A DNA stretch of 33,312 nt from Octopus bimaculoides (GCF_001194135.2 NC_069000.1:17953880-17987191); one strand, 5' to 3'. Shown: positions 1 through 12,024, counted from the first letter of the stretch. A program made the numbers and translations. Notes: a model not told the origin generated them from the sequence alone.

Positions 1-392
1 ATATATATGTATGGTTGAAATTTATAGAAAAACAAAAGATGGTGTCCCAGTGAAAAGATATTTGGTTATAATTAATCAAAAAATTTAATTTGCTTCAAGA
101 AATAACTCAGCTTTTAGATTAAACCCCCCCTCTTTACCTCTCTCTCTTTTATGCCTTTCTCTTCTCTATACATATTTATCACATTCTCTTCGCCCTCTGC
201 CTGTCTATGTATATCTCCTACATATGCTGCTCCTCTCTCTCTCACATGCACATCTGTACAAACACACATACACACACTCATTCATTCTTTCATTCATTCA
301 TTCATTCACATACTTGCTTTGACATGTAATAAAAGCGAAAGTAAATCTTGTACTGTAAGAAATGTGTCAGTTTCTGTTATTAAACATTTCAG

Positions 393-599
393 CTTCATGG
401 AATTGGAACATTACATCCTGGAGCTGGTAAAGGGAATCTTGTTGAAGAATCTTTAGAAACTCATGACCATGACGCAAACTGGAGTATTCAGAATTGTTCA
501 GGAGATCTCCACACAAATTTGGTTCAGAACTCAGCAACAGTATTGGCCCAAACACAAGAAGTAAAGAGACAGTTGCAAGATGCCAATGTTCAGTCTAAG
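393..599 (+). CDS. Internal coding exon A of an unidentified spliced gene (69 codons, phase 0/0): LHGIGTLHPGAGKGNLVEESLETHDHDANWSIQNCSGDLHTNLVQNSATVLAQTQEVKRQLQDANVQSK
   Basis: Acceptor ACATTTCAG|CTT at 392/393 and donor AAG|GTAGGT at 599/600. The 207 nt are open in frame 0 and join exon B in frame. There is no start codon, so the gene begins upstream of the window. Confidence 0.75.
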
Positions 600-1632
600 G
601 TAGGTAAAATTTGTGAGTTTAAGTTTTTTTTATCCCCAAAGCTCTCTCTTATGAAGTGTCTAAATATTGGAAATAATTGTTGTTAATAATTATTATCATC
701 TATCCCGCTGAGATTAACTTTGCCTTTCATTCTTTAGGGGTCGACAAAATAAGGACCAATCGAATACTGGGGTCGATGAAATTGTCTTACCCCTCCTCTA
801 AACTTGCTGGCCTTGTACCAAAATGTGAAACTATTAATTATTGTCATAATTTTGTGTCTGGATTTGGTTGATGAAAACTGAACGGATCCTGTTGAAAATA
901 TGTGTGTGTGTGTGTGTGTGCTGCCTGTCTTGTCATCACATGGCAATTGAAAACGAGTGTCACTGTCATTGCAAGCAGTGTCATTTATTTCCGGACTTCT
1001 ATGAGAACATGTTTGGTCCTGGGAAAAGATTACCTTCCTTCAGAGCTTGGGAGCAGTGAGGGTTGGCAACAAGAAGGATATCTGGCCACTGAAAGTCTGT
1101 CTTAGTAAATTCCATCTGACCCACAAGAGCATGGAAAAGTGGACATTAAAATAATAATGATGATGATATGTGTGTGTATATGTGTGTTATAAATATAATG
1201 TTGTATCTGTGCACATGCGTGTGTGTGTGTGTGTGTGTATGCCTGTGTGAATGTTTATATTTTATTGTTTCTCATGTGTAGTTTAACATTTCCTGTCAAT
1301 AAATCGGCCACAAGCTCTGAATTTTCGCAGATGAGTGAATAGAAAAATTGCTTATTTGAAAGGCAGGTATAGGTTAGTGACAGAAAAGAGCAACTGGCTA
1401 TAAAACAATTCCTTAGTAATATATATTTAATTCACCAACCTATATTAAAATGAAAAAAGTGGATATAAAAAGAAATGAATATACATACATATATATACAT
1501 ATATATATANNNNNNNNNNNNNNNNNNNNNNNNNNNNNNNNNNNNNNNNNNNNNNNNNNNNNCATACTTATGTGTATGTATGTATGTATATATACATACA
1601 CATAAGTATGTATATACACACACATACACCAA

Positions 1633-1671
<39 letters not shown>

Positions 1672-1990
1672 TACTTAGTCTGAATTAGAATTGTTGCTGG
1701 GAAGTACAGATTATTTTTGAATCAAATACAAAATTAGATTTTATCTACAAAATTAAAAGTATAGACTTTGTAACACTAATACTCATTTAAGCAAGGGGAT
1801 GGGATGAAATGACAATCATCATATGAAATATGATATCTTGCTACAATTTAGTTATGCTTTTTATTTTTTTCGAGTTCAAATCATGCTGAGACCAACTTTG
1901 TTTTTCATCCTAGGGGTCAATTACATTGATTATACCCCCTCCAAGCATTTGAGACCTTGTGCTAGTTTAGAAATCGGTATTAATTTATAT

Positions 1991-2390
1991 AAGGCAGCAA
2001 CCTGGCAGAATTGCTAGCCTGCCAGGCAAAATGCTTAATGACATTTCGTCTGCCTTTACATACTAAGTTCAAATTTTGCTGAGGTGATTTTTGCCTTTCA
2101 TCCTTCTGGGGGTTATAAAATAAGTATCAGTTGAACACTGGGGTCGATTTAATTAACTTAGTTCCTCTCCCAAACCTGTTGATCTTGTGCCAAAATTTGA
2201 AACCAATGTTAATTTAGGTAAAGCTGGCAGAATCATCAGCATGCCAGGCAAAATGCTTAATGGCATTTTGTTCAAATTCCATCAAGGTCGACTTTACTTT
2301 TCATCCTTTTGGGGTTGATAAAATAAGTACCAGTTGAACACTGGGATTGATGTAATAAACTTACCCACTTCCTAGAAATTTCTGGCATTG
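1991..2390 (+). mobile_element. Two tandem, decayed copies of tRNA-derived SINE family A (further decayed copies at about 707-830, 1871-1975, 8440-8648, 15090-15290 on + and 12410-12605 on -)
   Basis: Shared head GGCRGCRAGCTGGCAGAA (A-box-like), GAGTTCAAAT (B-box-like) and core GACTTTGCCTTTCATCCTTT.GGGGT...AAAATAAGTACCAG. Confidence 0.8.
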
Positions 2391-2625
2391 ATTGATGATG
2401 GTGATGATACTTTGTCGTGCGAAAGCAAACAAACAAGATGTTGAAACAAAAATACAAGCTACATTGTGTAATATGTCTTAATTATATTTTGTTATTGTGA
2501 GGTCTCTTAGATGTATTTAATTGCTACAATGTGTTTCAGTTATATTTTATTGTTGTGAAGTGTCTGAATTATATTTTGTTGATGTGATATGTCTTAAGTA
2601 TATTTTTGCATTTGTTGTTGTTTAG

Positions 2626-3339
2626 GTGAATGTTGAAGTTCAAACTTATCCTGATTCAAACCTTCCCAAAGTAACAACTACTCAGACAATACCAATTGCG
2701 AGCCCTCAACTGCGGCAATGTAATTCCTGTAGCAAAACTGTACCAGCACATGTCCACATGGAGTGTGACATTCTGCCCTGTAAGCATTGCTCACGCAAAA
2801 GCACAAGCGCTGTTGTGGCTTTGGACCCAGACAAACCTGTTACTCTTGAACCAACTGAGTACCGGAAATATCTAGTTGCTGAGAAACCACACCACTGCCT
2901 GAAACCTGCAGTAAATCCAAGTGTTGACCAAAAACAAAGACAAGATTCAGGAAAGGAAAAGAAGACATCGAGAACAGACAAAAAAAAAGGGAAATGTAAC
3001 AGAAGGCCTCCACATGGACCTAGTGCGCATTTGAATGGTACTCCTCATGGACCTAGTGTAGGTACTTCCTATGCATCTGGAGAGGTTTTGATTAGTACTC
3101 CTCATGGATCTAGTGAGGTTTTGACTACTACTACTCCACATGCAACTGGTGGAGGTTTGACCGATACTTCTCAGTTGACAAAAACTTCAGAAAGTAAACT
3201 TTATAAAATACCAGCTAACAAAGAGAAAGACTACTTTATAGAAGATGAAAATATTGATTCTACAGACAAAAACATTCCAGATTTGTCCTTGGCTCCACAG
3301 CAAAGTTCTTTGGAACCACAGACAATGCTAGAAGTCAAG
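2626..3339 (+). CDS. Large internal coding exon B (238 codons, phase 0/0); low-complexity S/T/K/P-rich sequence with a Cys/His cluster and TPHG repeats
   Basis: T-rich acceptor TTGTTGTTTAG|GTG at 2625/2626 and donor AAG|GTTAGT at 3339/3340. It corresponds to ORF 2626..3420, whose last 27 codons are intron read-through. Confidence 0.85.
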
Positions 3340-3499
3340 GTTAGTACCACCATAGTTTTTGTTTATTCTGTCTGTATTACAACAATGTCACCAATATTAT
3401 TGTTTGGAGAATGGTTATAGAACGAATGTGTGTAGCATGTGTCTGTGTTTGTTTATTTATGTGTGAGTTTGTGACTATGTTTCTGTCTGGCAGTGTCAG

Positions 3500-3740
3500 T
3501 TTACCTACATATCTACATATCTAAACCTACCTATGTTTTTAGCTACTTATCTATCCACCTACCGATGTTCATATCTGCCTATGTATGCATGTACTTACCT
3601 ACTTACTCACTTACCTACATATATACCTATGTTTACATTCACACATACCTACTTACCTACCTACCCATTTATATACATACATAACTATGTACATACCTAC
3701 CAGTGTACCTACATACTCACCTACCTATCTACCTACAACT
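3500..3740. repeat. Degenerate (CCTA/ACTT)n tetranucleotide microsatellite
   Basis: Repeated ACCTAC/ACTTAC words. Confidence 0.8.
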
Positions 3741-3749
3741 TTTCTTCCT

Positions 3750-4041
3750 GAAATGTGTGATATGTAAAGCCATTCTGTTTTTCCACTACAACATCTTATG
3801 CATCCATAGTTTACTTTGGGTACACTATCTGGAATTCCTACCTACTTCTTCTCTACATACTGAGCATGGCCACCTTTCTGATGGCACTAGAGCCCTGTCC
3901 ATTTTTCTGCTAAAGAAAACTTTTGGTTTTGGTAGGTTTACTTTAAAATCCCTCAAGTCTAAGCTTTGCTTCCATTTGTGGAATTATTTCTCTAATTCTT
4001 GGATAGATTCAGCAATGTTAGTTAGATAATCAATAAATAGC
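3750..4041 (-). mobile_element. RTE-X-like LINE fragment (end of RT plus Cys-rich finger), pseudogenised
   Basis: Minus strand reads LFIDYLTNIAESIQELEK*FHKWKQSLDLRDFKVNLPKPKV...WPCSVCREEVGRNSR*CTQSKLWMHK. This resembles the RTE-X pattern YADDLVLIAES...W...L...GLKVN..KTKV...WPC.VC...VG.NSI.C..C..WVHK. Confidence 0.75.
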
Positions 4042-4469
4042 AAAAAAAAAAAAAAAAAAAAAANNNNNNNNNNNNNNNNNNNNNNNNNNNNNNNNNNNNN
4101 NNNNNNNNNNNNNNNNNNNNNNNNNNNNNNNNNNNNNNNNNNNNNNNNNNNNNNNNNNNNNNNNNNNNNNNNNNNNNNNNNNNNNNNNNNNNNNNNNNNN
4201 NNNNNNNNNNNNNNNNNNNNNNNNNNNNNNNNNNNNNNNNNNNNNNNNNNNNNNNNNNNNNNNNNNNNNNNNNNNNNNNNNNNNNNNNNNNNNNNNNNNN
4301 NNNNNNNNNNNNNNNNNNNNNNNNNNNNNNNNNNNNNNNNNNNNNNNNNNNNNNNNNNNNNNNNNNNNNNNNNNNNNNNNNNNNNNNNNNNNNNNNNNNN
4401 NNNNNNNNNNNNNNNNNNNNNNNNNNNNNNNNNNNNNNNNNNNNNNNNNNNNNNNNNNNNNNNNNNNNN

Positions 4470-4516
<47 letters not shown>

Positions 4517-5010
4517 CATATACATCTATGTGTGTTTGTCTTTATGTCTGTGTTTGCCCCCCGTCACCACTTGACCACCGGTGTTGGTGTATTTAGGCCT
4601 CCATAACTTAGTGGTTCGGCAAAAGAGACCAATAGAATAAGTACTAGGCTTATAAAATAAGTCCTGGAGTCAATTCGTTTGACTAAAACCCTTCAAGGCG
4701 GTGCCCCAACATGGCCACAGTCAAATGACTGAAACAAGTAAAAGCATAAAAGATAAACAAATAAAGTTAAAAGCATAAATGCAGATATGATTGTGTAGTT
4801 AAGAAGCTTACTTCTGAACCATGTGGTTCTGGGTTCAGTCCCACTGTGTGACACCCCGGGAAAGTATCTTCTATTATATGTTGTCCAAGGCTGACTAAAG
4901 CCTTGTGAGTGAATGTGGTGGACAGAAACTAAAAGAAACCTGTTGTGTGTGCATTTGTGTGTGTGTGTGTGTGTGTTGATGTGTACCCTTATCTTGATAT
5001 CACATGATGA

Positions 5011-5400
5011 TGATCATCATCATCGTTTAACATCCGCCTTCCATGCTAGCATGGGTTGGACGATTTGACTGAGGGCTGGTGAAACCGGATGGCAACACCA
5101 GCCTCCAATCTGATTTGGCAGAGTTTCTACAGCTGGATACCCTTCCTAACGCCAACCACTCAGAGAGTGTAGTGGGTGATTTTACGTGTCACCCGCACGA
5201 AGGCCAGTCAGGCGGTACTGGCAACAGCCATGCTCAAAATGGTGTATTTTATGTGCCACCTGCACAAGAGCCAGTCCAGGGGCACTGGCAACGATCTCGC
5301 TCGAAAATCCTACGAAGGCCAGTCAGGCGGTACTGGCCACATCCACGCTTAAAATGGTGTATTTTATGTGCTACCCACACAAATGTGCCACCCGTCATGC
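5011..5400 (-). mobile_element. RTE-type 3' UTR / RTE-tailed SINE copy with internal tandem ~60-bp units
   Basis: (CAT)n tail followed by CGTTTAACATCCGCCTTCCATGCTAGCATGGG, the reverse complement of the tail at 6845-6888. Nearly identical to 14710-15012. The unit GAAGGCCAGTCAGGCGGTACTGG...AAAATGGTGTATTTTATGTGC occurs twice. Confidence 0.8.
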
Positions 5401-6431
5401 AAGCAATGTTAATTGTTTCCAATCTTCTGGCCATGAATGTCTGGCCATGAATGGGGGGAATATTAACCTTGCTTGGAAACAGGTGGGGGACAATTTGGCC
5501 ATTGAAAAATCTATTCAACAAATTTCCACCTGACCCATGCAGGCATTGAAAAGTAGAAGTTCAATCGATGACGATGATGATGAAATGCGTAATTAAAAAA
5601 CACAAGTTACTCCCTCTTCTGTATATTAAAAAAATTTTTTTTAATCACCCTACATTAAGTTTCAATATCCCACCAACTGTTTTGTTACAAGACCTAGAAG
5701 AGGGTAAATACGGGTATTTCAAAGAAAAACGGCTTAAAATTGGAATAAAATTCAATTCTCTTTGTTATGGGATCTGCTTTCACTTATTTTCCTTGTTTTG
5801 TTATTTTGTTTTTATTTCTTTTTTTTATCACCCCCTTCTCCTGCCTCTGTCCTGGAATAATTAATCAGGAATGAAACTGTGACCCCAGTTTCTTTCACTG
5901 ATCTCTCCAGGCTGCAATCTTCCTGAAATGCTGATTGCAGTTGTTGTAGATTAACTGCTGCATCTCTCTCTCTCTCTGTCTCTGCTTCTTTGCCTCCCTC
6001 TCTTTCTGCCCTCCTGCTCTTTCTGCCCTCCCGCTCTCTCTCTCTCTCTCTCTCTTTCTGCCCTCCCGCTCTCTCACTCTTTCTGCCCTCCCACTCTCCT
6101 TCTCTTTCTCCCTCTCGTTCTCCCTCCCCCCTCGCTCTCTCATTCAGTGAGAAGAATCAACATTATCATTACCATCATCATTATCACGACCATGATCCTT
6201 CTCTTCACCATTATCCTCATCATAAACATCATCCTCATCATCAGCCATCACTCTCATCATCATCACCATCACCATCACTACTACCCTCCTCCTCCACATC
6301 ATTTTAGCTAAATGCCTATTGAAAATTTCAATCTAAACAGCACTTATTTACAAAGGCGGTTGTGTCTGTTAAATGATATGAAATATTTTGTCAAGTAAAA
6401 GCGTTTATAAAGGACCTTATCTATTAATGAT

Positions 6432-6888
6432 AGGCAGCTGCACTGGTCTGGTCATGTGATGCGTATGGACGAGGACAGCTGTGTAAAGAAGTGCCAATCT
6501 CTAACTGTGGAGGGAATCTGTGGAAGAGGTAGACCCAGGAAGACATGAGATAAGGTGGTGAAGCTTGATCTTTGAATGTTGGGCCTCACGGAGGCATTGA
6601 CAAAGTGATCAAGATCTTTGGCAATATGCCATGCTTGAGAAGACTTATCAAGCCAAGTGAGATTGTAGTCATGGCTGACGCCGATGTCATGTAACTGGCA
6701 CCCATGCTGGTGGCACATAAAAAGCACCTATTACACTCTTGGAGTGGTTGGTGTTAAGAAGGGCATCCAGCTGTAGTGAGCATGCCAAGTCAGACAGGAA
6801 CTTGATGCAGCTCTCCAGCTTACCAGTTTCAGTCAGACTGTCTAACCCATGCCAGCATGGAAAACAGACGTTATAAATGATGATGATG
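6432..6888 (+). mobile_element. 3' end of an RTE-clade LINE: ORF C-terminus, 3' UTR and (GAT)n tail
   Basis: RQLHWSGHVMRMDEDSCVKKCQSLTVEGICGRGRPRKT*DKVV..., then after a frameshift DQDLWQYAMLEKT. The W.GHV.RM and GRGRPRKTW motifs are typical of RTE C-termini. It ends in CCCATGCCAGCATGGAAAACAGACGTTATAAATGATGATGATG. Confidence 0.85.
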
Positions 6889-8304
6889 AGCTCAATGGTA
6901 ATGGGAAAAATTGCAAACAGTCACCTTCTTTATCAGATGATTATCTCTTTCCCTTCACAATAATGGTGAGAACCATTTTATCTGCTCGGGCCCTTTTCCC
7001 TATATCACTCACCAGGGGTCTTTTGCTTGGTGAGGTTAATGTTTTTCCCATACCCTTCTTTCTGTACATCTATTTATTTCTAACCAAATGTGCATATATA
7101 CTCTGATGATTCTGATAAAGCCACCTTTCATTCCCCTCTAATCTTCCAGTAACAGATATTGTTTACAACAATCCCATCATTGTTGTCTTGCACTGATTTC
7201 TTGAACTGCGACCTCAACAGCATTCACCAATGGAGACTTGATAATCTAATCTCTTTCAACAGACTAAAAACATAAATCGCTAACATACTCCAGCTGTAAA
7301 AACCATATCAAAACAGACAGTGAAGCCTGGTGCTGTCTTCTGGCTTACCAGCTCCTGTCAAACCATCTGACCCATACCAGCATGGAAAACGGATGTTAAA
7401 TGAGGATGATGATAATGATGATGATGACACCATGAGAAAACTCTTCTTCCCATAATCAACATGCAACAAAACCCCTTAACTCTAGCATTTAAACTGTCCA
7501 TATTTAGCCCAAATATTTTATCATTTTTATTTTCAAACTGACCAAATCTAGCCTTTCACACTCTACTCTACAAAGTTGGTCTAAAAATTAGCAATCATCA
7601 TCATCATCTCAGTGGTTTCCAACCCATTGGTCATAACCTAAAGTGGGTCAGGATATAATTCCAAATCACAAAGACAAATATTTGGTAAATATATATAATG
7701 CTCCTGAATATGTTATACGATAAACTATAGGCATAAGGGCTACAGATGTTAACTTTTTAGATTTTTGGAAAATTAAGTCCATAAAGTGAGGGGACTCTTT
7801 AAATTCTTCTGACTTTGGTAAACTTAACCATATAGTAAATCGGAATCAAAATGAATACCAGAAGAAAGACGGAGGAAAGGCAGTTACTAAAACAAAAACA
7901 TCCTTCAAGTCAGTGCCCCAGAATGGCCATAGTCCCAAAATTGAAACCAAGAAGAAATTGAAATAATAGTATGCTAGTGTGAAAATAATTATTCTCACTA
8001 AATATTTTTTCATCCAAAAATGTATTTTAAATACCCCTAAATCAACGTAAAGCCACCTAAAATACAGCAACTGCTCACACATGTTCTTTGATTGACAGCC
8101 AGATTTTTCTCTTTAAAACATATTTAATGTGAAACTAAAGAAGCTGACTTAGTATTTTATGATGATGAGGAACACTGATTTAAGTTGATTTATAGTAAAA
8201 CTGTTTATGAAATTCTTGAGCAAGTAATTCTTGAGTTGTACTTGTTTAGCTTAGTGATTTGATCTGAAATCATGGTTTGTTGCATCTAAAACAGTTATGT
8301 CATT

Positions 8305-8858
8305 GTGGCAGAGCCACTGAAACCATTAATTACGTTAGAACCATTAATTATGTTATAACCATTAATTATGTTATAGTGGCAGAGTCACCACGTGTTTTGG
8401 TGATAGAGTAAGTGTAACTATTAATTTATTCATAACAGTAAGGCAGCAGGCTGGCAGAATCATGAGCACACTGAGCAGAATGCTTGGCATTTCATTCATC
8501 TTTATGTTCTGAGTTCAAATGCTACTGGGGTCGACTTTGCTTTTCATCTTTTTGGAGGTCAATAAAATAAGTACTAGTAGCGTACTGGGTTGATGTAATT
8601 GACTTACCTCCACCCTGAAATTGCTGGCCTTGTGCCAAAATTTGAAACCATAAATTATGTTATAGCAGAAGAGTCTCTGTAATCATTAATATATTATAGT
8701 GGTAGAGACACCGTAACTGTTAACATTTTGTTGTAGATGCAGAGTCAATGTAACCATTTATTATGTCTTGGTAGTAGAGTCACTGTAAACATTAATTATG
8801 TGATCATGGTAATCACTATAGTAACAATTAACTTTACATTAATTGTATTATAGTAGTA
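8305..8858 (+). repeat. Degenerate minisatellite with a ~35-bp unit (AACCATTAATTATGTTATAGTGGYAGAGTCACTGT), interrupted by a SINE at 8440-8648
   Basis: The AACCATTAATTATGTTATA and GCAGAGTCA words recur on both sides of the SINE. Confidence 0.7.
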
Positions 8859-9043
8859 GAAATATAAACTTGTTACCAGTTCAAATATGCTTGTGACATT
8901 TGAACCTGCAAGAAAACCATTCACTGCACTTTGTCATGGAGAAAACTTCATGAGAAAAATTGAACTTGAAATGCAGTGAATGGCTTTCTTGTGAGTTTGA
9001 ATATGTTCCAAGCATATTTGAATTAGTAACAAGTTTATATTTG
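8859..9043. mobile_element. Fold-back MITE with ~70-bp inverted arms and TA flanks
   Basis: 8860-8928 (AAATATAAACTTGTTACCAGTTCAAATATGCTTG...CATTCACTGCA) is the near-perfect reverse complement of 8972-9042. TA lies at 8857-8858 and 9044-9045. Confidence 0.75.
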
Positions 9044-9205
9044 TATACATCACTGCTTAGTGCTTCTAATCGCTGTAATTATTAACCCTTTTGTTACCTT
9101 ATTTCTGTTGAGATACTTGGGCGTTTATTTCAATTGATTTTAAATAGAACAAAGAATTAAGGGAAATAACTTTGTTATTATTAAGCAAGTGTCAGGAACA
9201 TAAAA

Positions 9206-9427
9206 TAACCCTTTAGTATTCAGATTACTCAGTCAAATGCAATGCTTATTTATTCATGTCATCTTGAATTAATCATGTGTTATCTTGTAGGCTTGAAATC
9301 TTGATGGTATGACTGTTTATGTTTAGAATGACATTGTAGATGTGAGAGGCTGGATTTTGCCAGTTTGAATATCAAACAGGTAGAATATTTGGACTGGAAA
9401 TAGCTGGTTTAAATACTAAAGGATTAA
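9206..9427. mobile_element. TTAA-type (piggyBac-like) MITE (related copies at about 16814-17035, 29436-29650, 7476-7590)
   Basis: Termini (A)TAACCCTTTAGTATT ... AATACTAAAGGATTAA are inverted repeats ending in TTAA, and the internal sequence is shared among copies. A second TTAACCCTTT start sits at 9082. Confidence 0.65.
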
Positions 9428-9897
9428 GACTAAGTACATGGACTAAGAACATGGATTAAGAACATGGATTAAGACTAAGAACATGGACAGTAAATGATGA
9501 TGATGATTATGCAGGTCTACAATGCTAAGAATGAAGATATATGTAAAAGTTCCCGAAAGACAAATGGTGCCAAATGGAAAATTTCTCAACAAAAATTTTA
9601 TAAATTAAATCTGTGAATGTCTTGATTAAGAATCAGGAACTAAAGATAAAAGTCTAGAGAAATGATTTAAGAAAGGGTCATTATAGAGTATAATAGTTAG
9701 GAACACTGAAAGAAGGGTTAAAACCAAGGAAGTGTATGAAGAACTTCCAAGTGCAGCAGTGATAAAGGACCTGGAAATGAGTGTAGGGCAGGTCCCTCAT
9801 ATTTTGTCTTTTAATTCAAAAGATTTGGTTGGCCAGTCTCTATGCTGATGTATAAGACATGCTTCTTTTATTCTTTAATGTAACAAAAAATTGTTAT

Positions 9898-10056
9898 GCA
9901 GATGTGGCTATGTGGCAAGAAACTTGCTTCCCAACCACATGGTTTTGGGTTCAGTCCCACTGAATGGCACCTTGGGCAAGTGTCTTCAACCATTGCCTTG
10001 GGCCACCCACGTATTGTGAATGGATTTGGTAGATGAAAACTGAAAGAAGACCATTG

Positions 10057-10116
<60 letters not shown>

Positions 10117-10320
10117 GAGTCTGTGTTTGTCCCCCACCACTGTTTGGCAACTGGTGTTGCTGTATTTATGTCCTCATGACTTAGTGGTTTGACAAAAGAC
10201 ACTGATAGCTTAAGTACCAAGCTTAAGAAAAATAAGCATTGTGTTGATTCATTTGACTAAATATTCTTCAAGGCAATGCCCCAGCATGGCCACAGTCTAA
10301 TGACTGAAACAAGTAAAAAA
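9898..10320 (+). mobile_element. tRNA-derived SINE family B with central (GT)n (other copies at about 4530-4960, 11340-11530 on + and 16300-16703, 24571-24895, 32860-33040 on -)
   Basis: Head TGTGG..AAGAA.CTTGCTTCCCAACCACATGGTT..GGGTTCAGTCCCACTG and tail GGC.GTGCCCCAGCATGGCCACAGTC.AATGACTGAAACAAGTAAAA are repeated across the copies. Confidence 0.85.
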
Positions 10321-10748
10321 TGAAGGATGCCTCTTATGTGACTGTATTACAGATAGGATCCAAAGTGTATATAAGGAAATCTATTAAATTTGTTTTTGTC
10401 CACAAAATATACTTGTAAAGTGTGGTCTGCATCTTATGTGACAGTGCATCTTACATGTCTGGAAACACAATAGATGTGAACTTCAAAATAGCCTGTTTCC
10501 CTCATGGTCAGCTATATGTTGGTTGTACAACAATAGGCACTGAGAATAGCCTGTGCGTATAAACCTCTAATCTAGGATTAACTGAGAATATTGTTTAATA
10601 GAGAAGCATTATAACCGGAGCTTTAGTATTTCATTTCATCTTAAATACTCCAGCAGATGTCACACAGGTTTTTCTATAATCATAAAAGAACTTGGATTCA
10701 GCAGGGGGAAGTTGGAATTGCAAAAGTAGAGAGAGAGAGAGAGAGAGG

Positions 10749-10787
<39 letters not shown>

Positions 10788-12024
10788 GTGAGGGAGGGAT
10801 ACTGAAATATTTTATAATCGCTGGTGTAATTTGTTTCAGATTTATATGTACCAAGGCAACATGGTGTAGTAGCTGCTAGTTTATTAGAAATATACTGAAC
10901 ATGTAACTTGTCAAAAATAATAATCTAATTTGAAGAATGAAAAGAAAAAAAAACGTTGAAATATTAATTATTCCCTTCTTAGTGTAATTCTAATTAAGCA
11001 ATAATTGTTGTCGGCTCATTTCGGTGAGACAACTCAATTTCTCTGAGGTCAGGAAAGTAATACCTCCCTCATACAGCAGAAGTTAAAATGTACTGCACTG
11101 CACTGCTCTGCTCCATTCATGCCAACATTCCTTTTCCAAGCTAATAAAGGAGTTTTTATGTAGTTGTTTCACTTGATAGAAATAGCAGCTGAGTCTCCTT
11201 CAAACAGCACTATACCATTTTTAATAATGGACAATACGTTGGACAGACAATGTAGTTCCTGATATACAAAAAAGGACAGGATGATCATAGCTGGAATAAA
11301 TGTAATCTGGGTTGACCTTGGGCTAAATACCAACAGAATGTGGATGTGTGGTTAAGAAGTTTACTTCCTTGCCACACAGCTTCAGGCTGTCCTCTACTAA
11401 GGTCCCAGGCTGACCAATACTTTGTGAGTGGAGCTGGTAGATGGAAATTATGTATGTGTGTGTGTGTGTACATGTGTGTCTGAGTATGTATATCTTTGTG
11501 TCTTCTTGTCTTGATATCACGTGATATCACGAGAAGAGAATGGCAGAGAGAAGAAACTGCATGTTTGTGAACCATTTGTAAACAGATGGCTTTTGATTGG
11601 ATGTTGTCTAAGATGTTTATATGTGTGTTTAGTAGCAGGACTGGCAGTGTTGGTTTTATTTGTACAGATGCATTCATGTAATAAAATTAATTAAAAAAAA
11701 AAAAAAAATCATCTTTAACACTATCATTAACATTATCATTACCAGAATAAGCATCCTCTCCATTACCACACCTCTTCAATCATCATCATCATCATTACTA
11801 CCGTCACAAAGAATTATTATTAACATCTCAACTATTATCATCACCACCACTACCACCACCACAAACTTCATCATCGTTGTTGTCATCATCATCATCATCA
11901 CCATAAAGAATTATTAACATCTCAGTCATTATCATCACCACCACCACAAACTTCGTCGTTGCCATCATCGTCGTTGTCATCATCATCATCAATCATTAAT
12001 TCTTTAATGATGAAACATTTGCAG

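Noticed and set aside
3340-3420. C-terminal hydrophobic tail of ORF 2626..3420 (possible transmembrane segment)
   Set aside because: It lies beyond a good donor (AAG|GTTAGT) and is T-rich intron read-through.
4031-4063. AATAAA followed by a poly-A run, suggesting a processed pseudogene 3' end
   Set aside because: The AATAAA lies inside minus-strand RTE-X coding remnant, and the A-run abuts an assembly gap. No retrocopied mRNA is recognisable upstream.
4022-4525. Long ORFs spanning N-runs (also 14101..14762, 18147..18581, 23695..24096)
   Set aside because: Artefacts of translating assembly gaps.
5079-5533. ORFs 5079..5450 and 5186..5533 and their look-alikes at 13760-14090 and 14782-15080
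   Set aside because: They recur because they are translations of the same non-coding repeat family.
8305-8858. CRISPR-like repeat-spacer array
   Set aside because: Units are contiguous degenerate minisatellite copies without unique spacers, in eukaryotic intron context.
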